NCBI RefSeq assembly: GCF_001194135.2
Contig: NC_068989.1
Span: 34,850,417-34,901,207 of the forward strand
Reading direction: 5' to 3'
From: Octopus bimaculoides
Taxonomy: Eukaryota
Length of the DNA: 50,791 bases
Made by a program: the position numbers and the translations under genes. A model generated the notes under the pieces. It made no database searches. It saw only the letters and a list, made by a program, of their open reading frames with translations, and had not been told where the DNA came from. Positions 1 to 12,589 of this stretch are shown one piece after another. The first letter of the stretch is position 1; each line of letters starts with the position of its first letter.

Positions 1-19
1 CTCTCTCTCTGAAAGTATC

Positions 20-340
20 TGTCATTACAGTATCGAAATGTGATTGTTTCAGTTGGTGGAATAGTTTCATTTTGAAAGTGAAAGTATTTGACATGAGTGT
101 ATTTGTTTCACTTTTGACACGTAATACTTAAATAGTGGAGGAGATATTATGTTGCCGTGGGCTCGAACTCTGCAAGAAGTTAAAAATTTTTTTGGACTAA
201 AACACAACTGGAACCCTAAGTAAGGCATCTGTAAAATTTGAATGAAATTGGTTGCGTAGTTCTCGAGTTTTAGGGATTCACACACACACACACAGACAGA
301 CAGACAGACACACATTCTCATTTTTATACATATAGATAAT
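20..340 (+). mobile_element. Non-autonomous Helitron-like (Lep1/HINE-type) 3' portion with CA/CAGA microsatellite
   Basis: aaaatttgaatgaaattggttgcgtagttctcgagtt + acacac/cagacaga + ttttatacatatagat ending resembles microsatellite-seeding Helitrons. Confidence 0.45.
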
Positions 341-768
341 TATTGTGGCATTTATCATTAAACTAGCAGTTCGTACATGTGCTTCTATTTTGTTAATTTG
401 CTTATATTTGGTTCATTTACACTGCATACAATAATAAAGACATGCAACTGTTTACAAAATAGAGATTAATGTATAATTTTTTTAACTCACTTTTATTTAT
501 GTTTATCCTATTTGATATGTGTTAAAAGTGTATAAATTTTGAATTTAGTTTATAACTGTATAATTTTTGTCTGTTTTTTTAAAATTTGCTCAATTTCATT
601 GAAACAGATAGTTCATTCTGGAATACCCTGTATGGTGTAGCATTGTTAGTTGTTGTGTTGGTCGAGTAAATATTAAAATCAAAGGTCTTCTCACTGTAAA
701 CATCCCACCTTTTGGTTAAGCATATTGTATCAAGGAGTATATTATCCAAAATGTATCTGTCCTTTATG

Positions 769-887
769 GGCATGGCTATGTGGTTGAGAAGTTTGCTTTC
801 CAACCATGTCGCCTTGGGTTCAGTCCCATTGTGTGACACATTGGGCAATTCTCTTTCATTACAGCTCTGTGCCAACCAAAGCCTTGT
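769..887 (+). mobile_element. tRNA-derived SINE, 5' fragment
   Basis: Head ggcatggctatgtggttgagaag...gggttcagtccc...ttgggcaa matches other copies in the window. Confidence 0.75.
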
Positions 888-1145
888 GTATTACATAATT
901 GCCATTACTGTATTGATATATAAAATAACACATGCAACTCACTTATTATTGTCATCTATACATATAAAATTCTTTGTCTCTCTGTTTGTCTGTTTCCAAT
1001 GCATTCTCAAATGGCTCCACCATATCAAATCAAATTTTACAAGGTAATAGTATCACACCCGAGTGTCAAAATGTAATTTGTTTTCATTTCCATTAAAACA
1101 ACATAACCTTTTATAGAGATAATCTTTCTATAGTCAAATATAGTA

Positions 1146-1625
1146 CAGGATATTTTATACCATGACCATGACATCACATTCTACATATGAGTATGTATGT
1201 GTCTGTCAGTGTATGAGTGCGAGTGTATGAGCGTGCATGTGTGTTTCCGTGTTTGACGACAACATCACCTTTTGTATATGAGTGTTTATGTGCTAGTATA
1301 TAAGTGTGTATGTGTCTGAGTGTGTGTGTGTGTTTAATATGTATGAGATAGTAAAGGACATTTTATACCACGATGACATCACATTTTGTATATGAGTGTG
1401 TATGTGCCTGTGAGTATATGTGTGTGGGTGTATGAATGTGTATGTCTCTGACTATGTGTGTGTGTTTCTGTGTTAGGTACGTCATTAAACAGACAGCTAC
1501 ATCTACACATACATATACACATGTGACGACTGACATGTGTGAATGTATGTCTTTTTGTGTCTCTCTTACTATATGTGACTGTATGTGAGAGTGTATGTGT
1601 GTGTATCATTACATTTTGTATGTGT
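1146..1625 (+). repeat. Degenerate tandem of about 110 bp units (gacatcacattttgtatatgagtgtg...) mixed with TG repeats
   Basis: Motif recurs near 1170, 1260, 1375 and 1605. Confidence 0.5.
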
Positions 1626-1633
1626 GTGTGTGT

Positions 1634-1831
1634 GATTGCAGCCATGCTGGAGCACCGCCTTTTTTTAGTCGAGCTAACTGACCCCAGGACTTATTCTTTG
1701 TAAGCCTAGTACTTATTCTATCAGTCTCTTTTGCCAAACCGTTAAGTTACGGGACGTAAACACACCAGCATCGGTTGTCAAGCGATGTTGGAGGGACAAA
1801 CACAGACACACAAACATATACATAAACAAAT

Positions 1832-1870
<39 letters not shown>

Positions 1871-2672
1871 NNNNNNNNNNNNNNNNNNNNNNNNNNNNNN
1901 NNNNNNNNNNNNNNNNNNNNNNNNNNNNNNNNNNNNNNNNNNNNNNNNNNNNNNNNNNNNNNNNNNNNNNNNNNNNNNNNNNNNNNNNNNNNNNNNNNNN
2001 NNNNNNNNNNNNNNNNNNNNNNNNNNNNNNNNNNNNNNNNNNNNNNNNNNNNNNNNNNNNNNNNNNNNNNNNNNNNNNNNNNNNNNNNNNNNNNNNNNNN
2101 NNNNNNNNNNNNNNNNNNNNNNNNNNNNNNNNNNNNNNNNNNNNNNNNNNNNNNNNNNNNNNNNNNNNNNNNNNNNNNNNNNNNNNNNNNNNNNNNNNNN
2201 NNNNNNNNNNNNNNNNNNNNNNNNNNNNNNNNNNNNNNNNNNNNNNNNNNNNNNNNNNNNNNNNNNNNNNNNNNNNNNNNNNNNNNNNNNNNNNNNNNNN
2301 NNNNNNNNNNNNNNNNNNNNNNNNNNNNNNNNNNNNNNNNNNNNNNNNNNNNNNNNNNNNNNNNNNNNNNNNNNNNNNNNNNNNNNNNNNNNNNNNNNNN
2401 NNNNNNNNNNNNNNNNNNNNNNNNNNNNNNNNNNNNNNNNNNNNNNNNNNNNNNNNNNNNNNNNNNNNNNNNNNNNNNNNNNNNNNNNNNNNNNNNNNNN
2501 NNNNNNNNNNNNNNNNNNNNNNNNNNNNNNNNNNNNNNNNNNNNNNNNNNNNNNNNNNNNNNNNNNNNNNNNNNNNNNNNNNNNNNNNNNNNNNNNNNNN
2601 NNNNNNNNNNNNNNNNNNNNNNNNNNNNNNNGTTGGTAAGCAAGCTACTTACCACACAGCCACTCCTACGCC
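1634..2672 (-). mobile_element. Octopus-type tRNA-derived SINE spanning the first gap
   Basis: 3' part at 1634-1860 is the reverse complement of the copy at 7470-7600; head at 2632-2672; the central TA/CA microsatellite falls in the gap. Confidence 0.85.
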
Positions 2673-2844
2673 TATGTATGTTATTAAACACACACATACA
2701 TATACATGTGACAAGAATGGCTGGAGGTGAAACTTTTGACAAAAAACAATTAGGTGGCAAGTCCAAGGTATATCAAAATACACATCTACCATTCAATTAA
2801 CAGTTCATAATTATTGCAGCAGTTGCAAAGTTGCAAGGAAGTTA

Positions 2845-3180
2845 CAATTTGCTTATATTTGGTTAATTTACACTGCATACAAAAATACAGACATACTACA
2901 TACATACAACTGCTTACAAAATAGAGATTAATGTATACTTTTTCTATGTTCAAAATTTTGAAAAAATTATGCCACCAAAGAAAAAATGTAATCTCTCCAG
3001 AAACACCTATAGAGCAAGGAGGAGTGCAGAAAACCAAAGGCAAGAGTCTCAAGAGATACAGAACATGAGACTTTCTCAAGATCAGCAAAGGCATGCTGCA
3101 GCACGTCTGATGGAGTCTCAAGAAGAGAAGGGACATGACACTTTCCAAACACATGCTGCAGCATGTCAAATACAGTCTCA
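2845..3180 (+). mobile_element. Helitron 5' region with the N-terminus of a RepHel-like ORF, cut by the gap
   Basis: ORF from 2969, MPPKKKCNLSRNTYRARRSAENQRQES..MRLSQDQQRHAAAR, resembles Helitron RepHel N-termini. The upstream 2849-2940 is homologous to 398-480. Confidence 0.5.
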
Positions 3181-3796
3181 NNNNNNNNNNNNNNNNNNNN
3201 NNNNNNNNNNNNNNNNNNNNNNNNNNNNNNNNNNNNNNNNNNNNNNNNNNNNNNNNNNNNNNNNNNNNNNNNNNNNNNNNNNNNNNNNNNNNNNNNNNNN
3301 NNNNNNNNNNNNNNNNNNNNNNNNNNNNNNNNNNNNNNNNNNNNNNNNNNNNNNNNNNNNNNNNNNNNNNNNNNNNNNNNNNNNNNNNNNNNNNNNNNNN
3401 NNNNNNNNNNNNNNNNNNNNNNNNNNNNNNNNNNNNNNNNNNNNNNNNNNNNNNNNNNNNNNNNNNNNNNNNNNNNNNNNNNNNNNNNNNNNNNNNNNNN
3501 NNNNNNNNNNNNNNNNNNNNNNNNNNNNNNNNNNNNNNNNNNNNNNNNNNNNNNNNNNNNNNNNNNNNNNNNNNNNNNNNNNNNNNNNNNNNNNNNNNNN
3601 NNNNNNNNNNNNNNNNNNNNNNNNNNNNNNNNNNNNNNNNNNNNNNNNNNNNNNNNNNNNNNNNNNNNNNNNNNNNNNNNNNNNNNNNNNNNNNNNNNNN
3701 NNNNNNNNNNNNNNNNNNNNNNNNNNNNNNNNNNNNNNNNNNNNNNNNNNNNNNNNNNACAGACACACAAACACATACATATATATATACATACAT

Positions 3797-3960
3797 ACGA
3801 CAGGCTTCTTTCAGTTTCCGTCTACCAAATCCACTCACAAGGCTTTGGTCGGCCCGAGGCTATAGTAGAAGACTCTTGCCCAAGATGCCACGCAGTGGGA
3901 TTGAACCCGGGACCATGTGGTTGGTAAGCAAGCTACTTACCACACAGCCACACCTACGCC
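3797..3960 (-). mobile_element. SINE 5' half
   Basis: Reverse complement of the ggcgtaggtgtggctgtgtggtaag...cccgggttcaatcccactgcgtggc head and core. Confidence 0.85.
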
Positions 3961-4031
3961 TATATATATATATATATATATACAAACTATGCCATTATTA
4001 ATCCTAAGCAATGCCGGGTATCTCTGCCAGT

Positions 4032-4066
<35 letters not shown>

Positions 4067-4084
4067 ATGCATGAATGTGTGTTT

Positions 4085-4390
4085 ATGAGTATGTGTGTGT
4101 GAGCTTTACTGTCACCTTGTCTTGACATCAAATGATAGTTGTAAATGAGCATCAGTGTCATACAAGCAGCATCCTTCATTTCCAATTTTTTTTGAAAATG
4201 TGTCTGGCTATAGTGAAATATTAACTGACTTAGAAACAGGTGAGGGTTGGCGACAGGAAGGGTATCCAGTCACAGAAAATCTGCCTCGACAAATTCTGTC
4301 TGACCCATGTTAGCATGGAAAAGTGGATGTTAAAACAATGATGATGATGATGATAATAATGATATGATGATGATGATGAAGATGATGATT
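4085..4390 (+). mobile_element. SINE 3' half with RTE-type tail ending in (gat)n
   Basis: gggttggcgacaggaagggtatccag...catggaaaagtggatgttaaaac(gat)n; homologous to 49000-49246. Confidence 0.75.
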
Positions 4391-4929
4391 GGTTGAGGTA
4401 AAAGTGAAATGTTTTACTATATTTAGTTTTCTTTAGCCTTCAAATTTTATACTAGGGCAATTCAGTTGTTCTTCTCTCATATAAATGGTTGTTAATTTAA
4501 GCTAGTCTTAGAAATTCTATGTCCGAATAATTTTACTGTAAAAAAACTCCAATAAATTGGGTAGAAAAGCTACACACATACAAAAACATTTATATAAAAT
4601 CTTTACTCACTCGTTTTGATTGCCTGTAGATATCAAAGACAACAAGTAGTGTAACTAGATAAATAGCAGCAAATATATACTGTGCCAGACGGATGTTAGT
4701 CCCCTTCTCTGTGAGGTGATATAACCCTAAGAATATATAAACAAATCCAGCAGGGTATCTGAAACACAGATAAACATTTCTATGTTAAAAGCTATACAAA
4801 ATACAAAATAAGAAATGAAAGATAATTATATACAGAATACTAAAAAAGTTAAAGGATGGACTGACTTAGAGGAAGAGAAGGTGACAATGACTCATACTAG
4901 GTTTACTGGCAACATTCTTAGCTATTATG

Positions 4930-5340
4930 TAGAATAGTGTTGTTGCATAAACTTTTTCTGTCATTTTGGCCGTTGATAAAACTTTTTGATGATCTCAACT
5001 TCATCAACTCTAACAAGATCCTGAGAATTTTCTTTGGGATTAAATTAAGTTGGCTAAGTATACTATCTGTGGCCTTCATTCAGGAGGATCCAGTCATATT
5101 TCATGGTGCTTCTGACTTGTACTTTTTAGGCAAATGCTCTACTTTTTGGTATCTAGATTGTTTGCAACTTTGCATAGCAATCCAAACCTCTGCACAGCTC
5201 TATTTCAGATGGCAAGGATACATCCTGTCCACACCAGTTTGTGTCCATGGTAACACCCACAATTTTAAGTTGCTTCTTCATAGACAGTTTAGAATTGCAA
5301 GGGTTAAATTTAAAGCTGAATGAACTTTTTATTGCTAGCT
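4930..5340 (-). mobile_element. CR1/L2-clade LINE reverse transcriptase C-terminal remnant
   Basis: Frameshifted - strand peptides KQLKIVGVTMDTNW, KVQVRSTMKY and LSQLNLIPKKILRI. Confidence 0.5.
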
Positions 5341-5387
5341 TACACTTTGACGGTTCAAATGTCTTAGATATAGTATGCCTTAAAATA

Positions 5388-6230
5388 TATTGTGTTGAGA
5401 TGTAAGTAACCTAGCATTCAATGTAGAGGCCATCAAGTTGCACTGTTTGAAGCCATCTATCTGCCAGTTCTTTGATCCCATGTTGATACCAGTTCTTGTC
5501 CTTTGTAGCAAAGAACTCTTTCACTGAAACCTCCACCTGCTCTTGGTTGATGAAGCATTGTGAATGCAAGCAGTGAGCTATGGATCAGAACAAGTAATAA
5601 TCCAAGGGAAATATTTTTCCACAATCCTAATGTGCATAAGCAGTGGTTAAGCAAGGACCAGCTTCCAGAATCTGTTGCCAAGCACGGGTGTTTTGAATAC
5701 ATGGTGAAGCTTTGCATCTGGTGGAATTATGAAGGGATAATTCACTATGAGTTCATTCTGGATGGTCAAACTATCAATGCCAACCTGTGCTCCAAACAAC
5801 TGGAACAGATGTATGCCACTGTGTGGCAAAAATACCTGGCATTGGTTAACAGAGAGCAAGTTCTTCTGCAGCAAAACACAACCTCTCATAACTCTTGAAC
5901 AACCCAGAATAAACTCCAGGAATTTGAGGGAATGGAAATGATACCACACCCAGCATATAACCAGGACCCGGCTCCCTCAGATTATTACTCATTCCGATCC
6001 ATAGCTCACTGTGTTTGCAATGCTTCATCAACTAAGAAGTGGAAACTTTAGTGAAGGAGTTCTTTGCCACAAAAGACAAGAACTAGTATCAATATGGTAT
6101 CAAAGAACTGGCAGAAAGTGGTGCAACATGATGACCTCTACATTGAATGCTAGGCTGCTTTTTGTTGTAAAATAATGAATAAAGCAAATAAGTTATCAAA
6201 ATATTGCTAAACTTTTGACTCAACACAATA
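5388..6230 (+). mobile_element. Internally deleted mariner transposon with both TIR ends
   Basis: 12-bp TIR match tattgtgttgag (5388) / ctcaacacaata (6219-6230); transposase remnant KQWLSKDQ...LCIWWNYEGIIHYE...QTINANL...LVNREQVLLQ. Confidence 0.85.
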
Positions 6231-6669
6231 AGATGAAATGAGCACAGGTTTGATCTAGATTTACTTGAGCAGTTTTGACCTGGGGCTAAGCAACAACAAA
6301 ATAGATATCAGTAACATTTAGTAAAGAACTTACACCAGAGGTCCAGTGTCCCCTTTTAATTTTGTATAGTCATATGTGCCATTTACAACACCTTCAACTT
6401 CTTGCATATATGCTCGCCAGTCAATTTCTGTATCTGAAGTAAATTAGAAATAAATGAATAAATACTTCATATTTTGCCAAAATTGTAATTATGCTAAGTC
6501 ATTTTTGAATAATAGCCCAAATTGAATACTCATACATAAACCAAAATTATCCACCATATTTCTAACAACAACTTTATCATGTTTTCAATTCAATATCTCA
6601 AACACTCAACATGTTTATAAAACTAAAAAACAAAACAAAAGAAAAAACAGCACAGTGCCCATGAGTGTT

Positions 6670-6850
6670 GGAAGTTTTTCTCATGCTTGGAAATGTTGAA
6701 CCATGGAATAAGCTACCTGTGTTTGTTGTTAACTGAGAAAACGGCATCCGTTACGAATTCCATGCTTCCTGAAATTCACCGACATTACTACCGATATGCC
6801 TATGCACCCTTGTTCTTTATGACTCTTTTATGTTCGCTTTTCTCCATTTT
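6670..6850 (+). mobile_element. CR1-like LINE 3' end fragment
   Basis: Translates to VEPWNKLPVFVV, similar to the W-N-x-L-P motif at CR1 ORF2 ends. Confidence 0.4.
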
Positions 6851-6914
6851 AGTATTTTATTCTGTGTACTCTGCTTTCTAGCTTTTATTGTTGTCTTTCT
6901 CTACTTGAATTAGG

Positions 6915-7077
6915 CTAAATCTTCCAAGTTCTTTTACAGGGCTTAGAAAAACTGAAGAACCGCTGCAATAAATATCTGTGAATCTGAGAAGGGAATATGT
7001 TGGACAAAATCTTAATTAAGTGATCCTTGTGTATTTTCTTTTACTCAAAGCCAGGAACTTTTCAGTACCCCCTCATA
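6915..7077 (+). mobile_element. Mariner 3' end fragment
   Basis: GLEKLKNRCNK...LRREYV-like remnant and terminal ggaacttttcagtaccccctcata TIR. Confidence 0.55.
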
Positions 7078-7331
7078 AAGGCAACAAACTTTAATGGAAG
7101 TATGCAAGCTACCTGCCAAACAGTTGGGGGGAACATTCTAGGATGGTTAAAAGCTATAGAATGGTTGGCAAATTGAACCAAGTCATCTGCTAAGTCATCT
7201 AGGAGAATCTATGTTGTTTGTCTCAGTGAGTTGTTCTCTCCTACTCTTTTACTTTTAAGTAACACGTTTATGTCATACTTGACAAAAGGCACTCACCTTA
7301 ACTTGTAATGTCAAGTAAAGCACATTAATTA

Positions 7332-7407
7332 TATAGCCTCGGGCCGACCAAAGCCTTGTGAGTGGATTTGGTAGATGGAAACTGAAAAGAAGCCCATCGT
7401 ATATATG

Positions 7408-7440
<33 letters not shown>

Positions 7441-7643
7441 GTGTGTTTGTTCCCCCACCATCGCTTGACAACCAGTGCTGGTGTGTTTACGTCCCCATAA
7501 CTTAGCGGTTCGGCAAAAGAGACTGATAGAATAAGTACTAGGCTTACAAAGAATAAGTCCTGGGGTTGATCTGCTTGACTAAAGGCGGTGCTCCAGCATG
7601 GCCACAGTCAAATGACTGAAACAAGTAAAAGAGTAAAAGAGAA
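7332..7643 (+). mobile_element. 5'-truncated SINE with gtaaaaga-type tail
   Basis: Near-identical to the 1634-1860 and 3797-3860 copies; ends aagtaaaagagtaaaagag. Confidence 0.9.
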
Positions 7644-7751
7644 TGATTTAAATTCTTTACACTACTTTCATATTATCCACTTTATATATAAAGTTATATA
7701 CAGAAGATTACTAACTGTTAGTTTGTTGAAAATAATTCCATTTATTTATTG

Positions 7752-8078
7752 GATCATCATCATTGTTTAATGTCCGCTTTCCATGCTAGCATGGGTTGGA
7801 CGATTTGACTGAGGACTGGTGAAACCGGATGGCAACACCAGGCTCCAATCTGATTTGGCAGAGTTTCTACAGCTGGATGCCCTTCCTAACGCCAACCACT
7901 CAGAGAGTGTAGTGGGTGCTTTTACGTGTCACCCGCACGAAGGCCAGTCAGGCGGTACTGGCAACGGCCACGCTCAAAATGTTGCATTTTATGTGCCACC
8001 CGCACAAGAGCCAGTTCAGGGGCACTGGCAACGATCTCGCTCGAAAATCATATGAAGGCCAGTCAGGCGGTACTGACA
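7752..8078 (-). mobile_element. RTE LINE 3' UTR fragment
   Basis: (atc)n-tttaatgtccgctttccatgctagcatggg; homologous to 24933-25216 and 37563-37830. Confidence 0.85.
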
Positions 8079-8339
8079 ATAAACTATTAGCAAACTTAAT
8101 CAAACTCTAGTGTGGTCATTGTTTACATGTACAACCTACCTCACATTGTGAATAACCTAAGAAGAATATATGATTAGCCATCATACCAAATCAGTAAAGT
8201 GGACTGAACACGTGAAAGTAATTATTTTGACTGAGAATACAGCACAGCCCCAATACCTCATTGAATCAACCAGCTATGATTCTCATTAAATTTCATTTCA
8301 TATTTTATTTTCTGTCTTTTATCTCCTAAATATAATTAA

Positions 8340-8757
8340 GTGTAGGCATAGTTCAGTAGTTAAGAAGTTCATTTTGCAATCAAATGCTTTTGGGTTTAGT
8401 ATCATCAAGTGGCACATTGAGCAACAGTCTACTTTTATATCCCCAGATTGTGAGAGTATCTGATAGACAAAAACTGTAAGGAAGCCTGTTATATGTATAT
8501 ACGTTCATCCATACATATGTACATACACAATGTGTGTGTTTGTGTGCATGTGCATCTTTGTCTCTCACTGCTCTCATTGGCTTTGGTATATTTATGTCCC
8601 TGTGACTCAGAGGTTTAGCAAAATAAAACTGATACAATAAGTACAAGACTTAAAAATAAGCACTAAAATTGATATGATTGAACTCTTCGAGATAGTGGCC
8701 TGCAATCCAGTAACAATATGGTCACAGCCCAATAACTGAAACAAGTAAAAGAATAAC
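8340..8757 (+). mobile_element. Old degenerate SINE
   Basis: Decayed head, core, TG tract and tail (aataactgaaacaagtaaaagaat). Confidence 0.6.
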
Positions 8758-9384
8758 AATAATTTTATTTGAAAAATTTTGTATATAAATCTTATTCAGC
8801 TATTTAAATTCAGTTTGCGTATTATCACTCATTTGCATAATGAGTGATTTAGGTCATGGATCAATAATATAGTGGAACCTTATTGGGATAACAGTGGCAA
8901 CACAAGAGAACAACAGAAGTAGTTACATGATTATGACAATTCACAAATGATTATAAAATAACGAAAAAAATTAATATAATTGATTCTATTTGATGCTGAT
9001 GATGATGGTGGCAGCAGTGGTGGTGACAGTGATGATGATGAAGACAATTATGATTTAAAAAATTGCTCATTATCATAATTAAAGCACTTTGTAAATTGGG
9101 CAACAGTTGATAAAAAACTTCATTCTTTTGCTTTGCAACAATATCAGGGGCTTTGTGGAAGCCTTCTTACATAGTCTGTAAATAGTTGTTTTACTTTTTA
9201 TTTTGAGATATAATCAACAAGGTGTTCAATATTTTAAAATTTGCAAAAGAAAAATCAATAGCAATTAAATGTTACCCATTTTATGATGCATCTGCCATAT
9301 TTTCTAAATATATGAATGAATTTACTTACAATTTCTGACTTAGTAAACACAGTTTTAAACAAATGAACAAAACTGATTGGTTAA

Positions 9385-9722
9385 GGTGCAGGCTTGGCTG
9401 TATGGTCAAGAAGCTTGCTTTGCAACCATGTGGATTTGGGTTCAGTCCCACTACATAACACCCTGCGCAAGTATCTTGTGAGTGAATTTGACAGTGGAAG
9501 CCCATCATATATGTGTGTGTGTGTGTTAGTGTTTGTATTTGCTATCCTCCACCCTAGCTAAATAATCAGTGTTGGTTTGTTTCTGTTGTCATAACTTGGC
9601 ACTTCAGCAAAAGTACCAGGCTTAAAAAATGAGTACTGGGGTTCATTTGTTTGACTAACCCTTCAAAGCAATCAGTACCCTAGGATGGTTGCAGTACAAT
9701 AAGTAAAACAGGTAAAAGATGA
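9385..9722 (+). mobile_element. Old degenerate SINE
   Basis: Head ggtgcaggcttggctgtatggtcaagaagcttgc through tail gtaaaacaggtaaaagat. Confidence 0.7.
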
Positions 9723-9786
9723 AAAACATTTTTTTAATTTAAGGGTTTCCAACAGAGCAGGACAACTTTAACACTTTAGCATTTAA

Positions 9787-10422
9787 ATGGCCATATTCAG
9801 TCTCTCACACCTACCCATATTCAGTCTCTCACAACCTATCCCGAGAGGATGTAAAACGATTGTAATTGACAGCATACATGTGGATGGTAGAATTGACAGC
9901 CAGAAGTGTCACCTTGTGATTGATCTGGCCTCGGAGCAGACTTTTGTGAGATCCGAGATGTTACAGCATCAAGACCTACCAGAGTCATCACAGCAGTTGT
10001 GTGGTGCTACCAGGCATTGTACTGAACTGAGAGAACCGGTTGATGTCCTGATTGAAATTGCAGAACAAAAGGTCATACTTCCAGCATATGTGGTGGAGAT
10101 GGAGTATCCTTGTCTCTTAGGTATGGACTATTTGGCGTCTACAGGGTGTCAACTGGACTTCTGCTCAATGAAGCTTTGGGTGAAAGGAAGATTAATCCCT
10201 GTCAAGGAGGTAGAGTGGACTATTGCTGCTGGTGAAATGAAAGTGTTACGAATGACAATGATCCCACTGAAATTGGAACTGCTGCTCCAGTGTAGTGTGA
10301 AGCACTGTATTGACACAAGAGATCATTGCCCAATCGAGCAACCAGCTCGGAGGATGGCACCAGTGCAGCACAAAGAAACGGAACATTCTGAAAGAGAAGT
10401 CAATACAGAAAGATGTCTGTGA
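9787..10422 (+). pseudogene. Ty3/Gypsy-type retropepsin (aspartic protease) ORF, 211 aa, with altered catalytic motif
   Basis: SIHVDGRID..CHLVID(LA)S and YPCLLGMDYL..GCQLDF match retropepsin motifs; D[TS]G is replaced by DLA at 9922-9930. Confidence 0.7.
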
Positions 10423-10423
10423 G

Positions 10424-10870
10424 ATAAAAGAAACAAGTCAGAATTGCAAACTGTTCGCCAAAACTTTGTAGGGGAGACCAAATCTTTCCACAAAGTCAGA
10501 GAAAAGTATACACAGCAGTTTCAGGAACATGATAGGAAAAAACTTGAACCAGAAAATTGATCTTTTAATGAAATAAAATGGGAAACTAAAAGAACAAGTG
10601 TTCTCACTGAACAGTGACAACAATCGACTGTCAGAAAGTAAATTTCAGCTGATCTGGGAAATTAATGAACTAAAGGCAAATATGTTACAAAAAAGAAAAA
10701 AAGACCCAAGAAATTAACAAACTAAAGGCGAATATCTTACAAAAAAAAAAAAGAGAGACCTGGAAAATAAATGAACTAAAGATGAATATCTTCCAAAAAA
10801 AGAATGAACAGGATGCAAATTTGAACACTGCTCTGTGGTTTTGCAAGCAAAGATGAAAAAGATAATTATT
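10424..10870 (+). pseudogene. Disrupted coiled-coil coding remnant with three roughly 55-bp repeats
   Basis: Frameshifted EINELKANMLQK / EINKLKANILQK / INELKMNIFQK units at 10658-10810. Confidence 0.4.
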
Positions 10871-11588
10871 TGTGATCACATAACTGTTTATAAAGCATAG
10901 GCAGTATAATTTTCGTGTGCTTCTTACTGTGTGAGTGAACTATAAATACTACTATTGAACATGTGAGTTTAGCTTTTATGTAGCCAAAGAAATGGTAAGT
11001 AAGCCCGAAGATTGACTTTAACCCAAAATATCTCAGTTTTTTGAAAAGCAAACTATACTTTATTTGTGTTCAAATGAAAGATCTCCACCAGATATATCTT
11101 TTCTTGCTGACCCCATAAATATATATTAAAGAGAAAACAAGTTATGCAGCTTTCAATAATTGTCAGTTGTAAATATGTCATGCAATTACAAAGATACTTA
11201 AATGATAATTTGTCAATACAAGGCAAACAGAAAATCCAGCCTATAATTGTTTTGTTTCTTAGTTGACCTTTTCTCCTAATTCATTTGGTTCCTCATTGCT
11301 CATAGTTAGTGCTTTATATTTTTTTTTATTATTGCGCTCTTTAAAAAAAAAAATTTTTCTGATAAATGTTAATTAAAAAATTATTTCTACATAGGCAGAT
11401 TTCATAATACTCAATGTAAAGAAAGTGCCATTCAATTTACAATTTCTAACGAAAATGAATAGGCATCAATTATTGATCAATAAGAAATGAAATATAAAAA
11501 AAGTAAGCAAAATTTATTAGAATAAAAAGTGCAAGCAAGGAATAACATTATTCTTAAGTATTTAATAAACCTGGCAAAATACAGGATA

Positions 11589-12380
11589 AGAAGCAAGCCT
11601 AAAATAAAAGAAAAGAACTTAAAATATTGCCGCTAAAATAGAATTTGAATGGGTTGCCAATTAAATAAAGTATTCAAATAAGCAAGCCATTCAATATTGA
11701 TCAATCATCTTTCATCCAAATTATTTCATTATTGCTAAGCTTGACTGTAAATAAATTTTAAATTATTTCAATATATGAAAATAAAGTGATAACTGCCATA
11801 ATATTTTGTAACATTAGTAGTTAAAATCTTTTTTATATTTACTAAAATTTTTTACAAATGTAAAGAAAGTAGGTAACTAAATTGTCTGACTATAGTAAAA
11901 TTTAAGCCTGTTTAAGTAATTGAATGTTTTCTTTGTTTATTTTTGGCAAATTATTTTACTTTACTTTAAAAATTTTAATTTTTAGTTAGTTAACTGTTTG
12001 TCAGTTCATTTTCCTGTTAGGTAAGTCGAAGTTTCCCTCAAATAAATGCAGATGTCATAGAGTTAATCATAATGAAAGAAAATAAAGATCATCTTTATAA
12101 TATTGTATAAATAATAAGCAAAAATAAATCTCAATGTATCAAAAATCTTAAAGCAATTTTTGATACATGGGAATTTATGATAATACATCAGATTATTTTC
12201 ATTGAATTTTACATTTACCTGCAGTATTTTAAAGCTCTTTTCTTTTATTTTAGGCTTACTTCTTGGGTGAAAGATGGTTGATCAGTATTGAATGGCTTCG
12301 CTTATTTGAATATTTTATTTAATTGGTAACCCATTCAAATTTTATTTTAGCTGCAATATTTTAAGCCCTTTTCTTTTATT
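11589..12380. repeat. Inverted pair of a roughly 130-bp AT-rich unit
   Basis: 11605-11719 matches the reverse complement of about 12266-12380; the - strand copy continues into a partial second unit (12219-12265). Confidence 0.75.
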
Positions 12381-12589
12381 CTGGTTACATATGTGAGACT
12401 CTACCATATATGTATTTCACATGCAGAATGATCCAGAGTTATTTTTCTTCTGCCATATTATTGGCATACATAATCAATGTTACTACATTCCTGCTATTTC
12501 TCTCTCTGTATATATATATTCCCCGATTCAGCAAGATACCTGCTCCTGTCCCCCTATCATACTTTCATATCCTTCATTACTATACTCGA

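Noticed and set aside
1747-4001. Long ORFs of 200-350 aa here and at 21609-25766, 37731-38093 and 44472-44847
   Set aside because: They are open only because of N runs and TA/CA microsatellites (IYIY, HTHT, VCVC). Only the short Helitron-like start at 2969 is kept.
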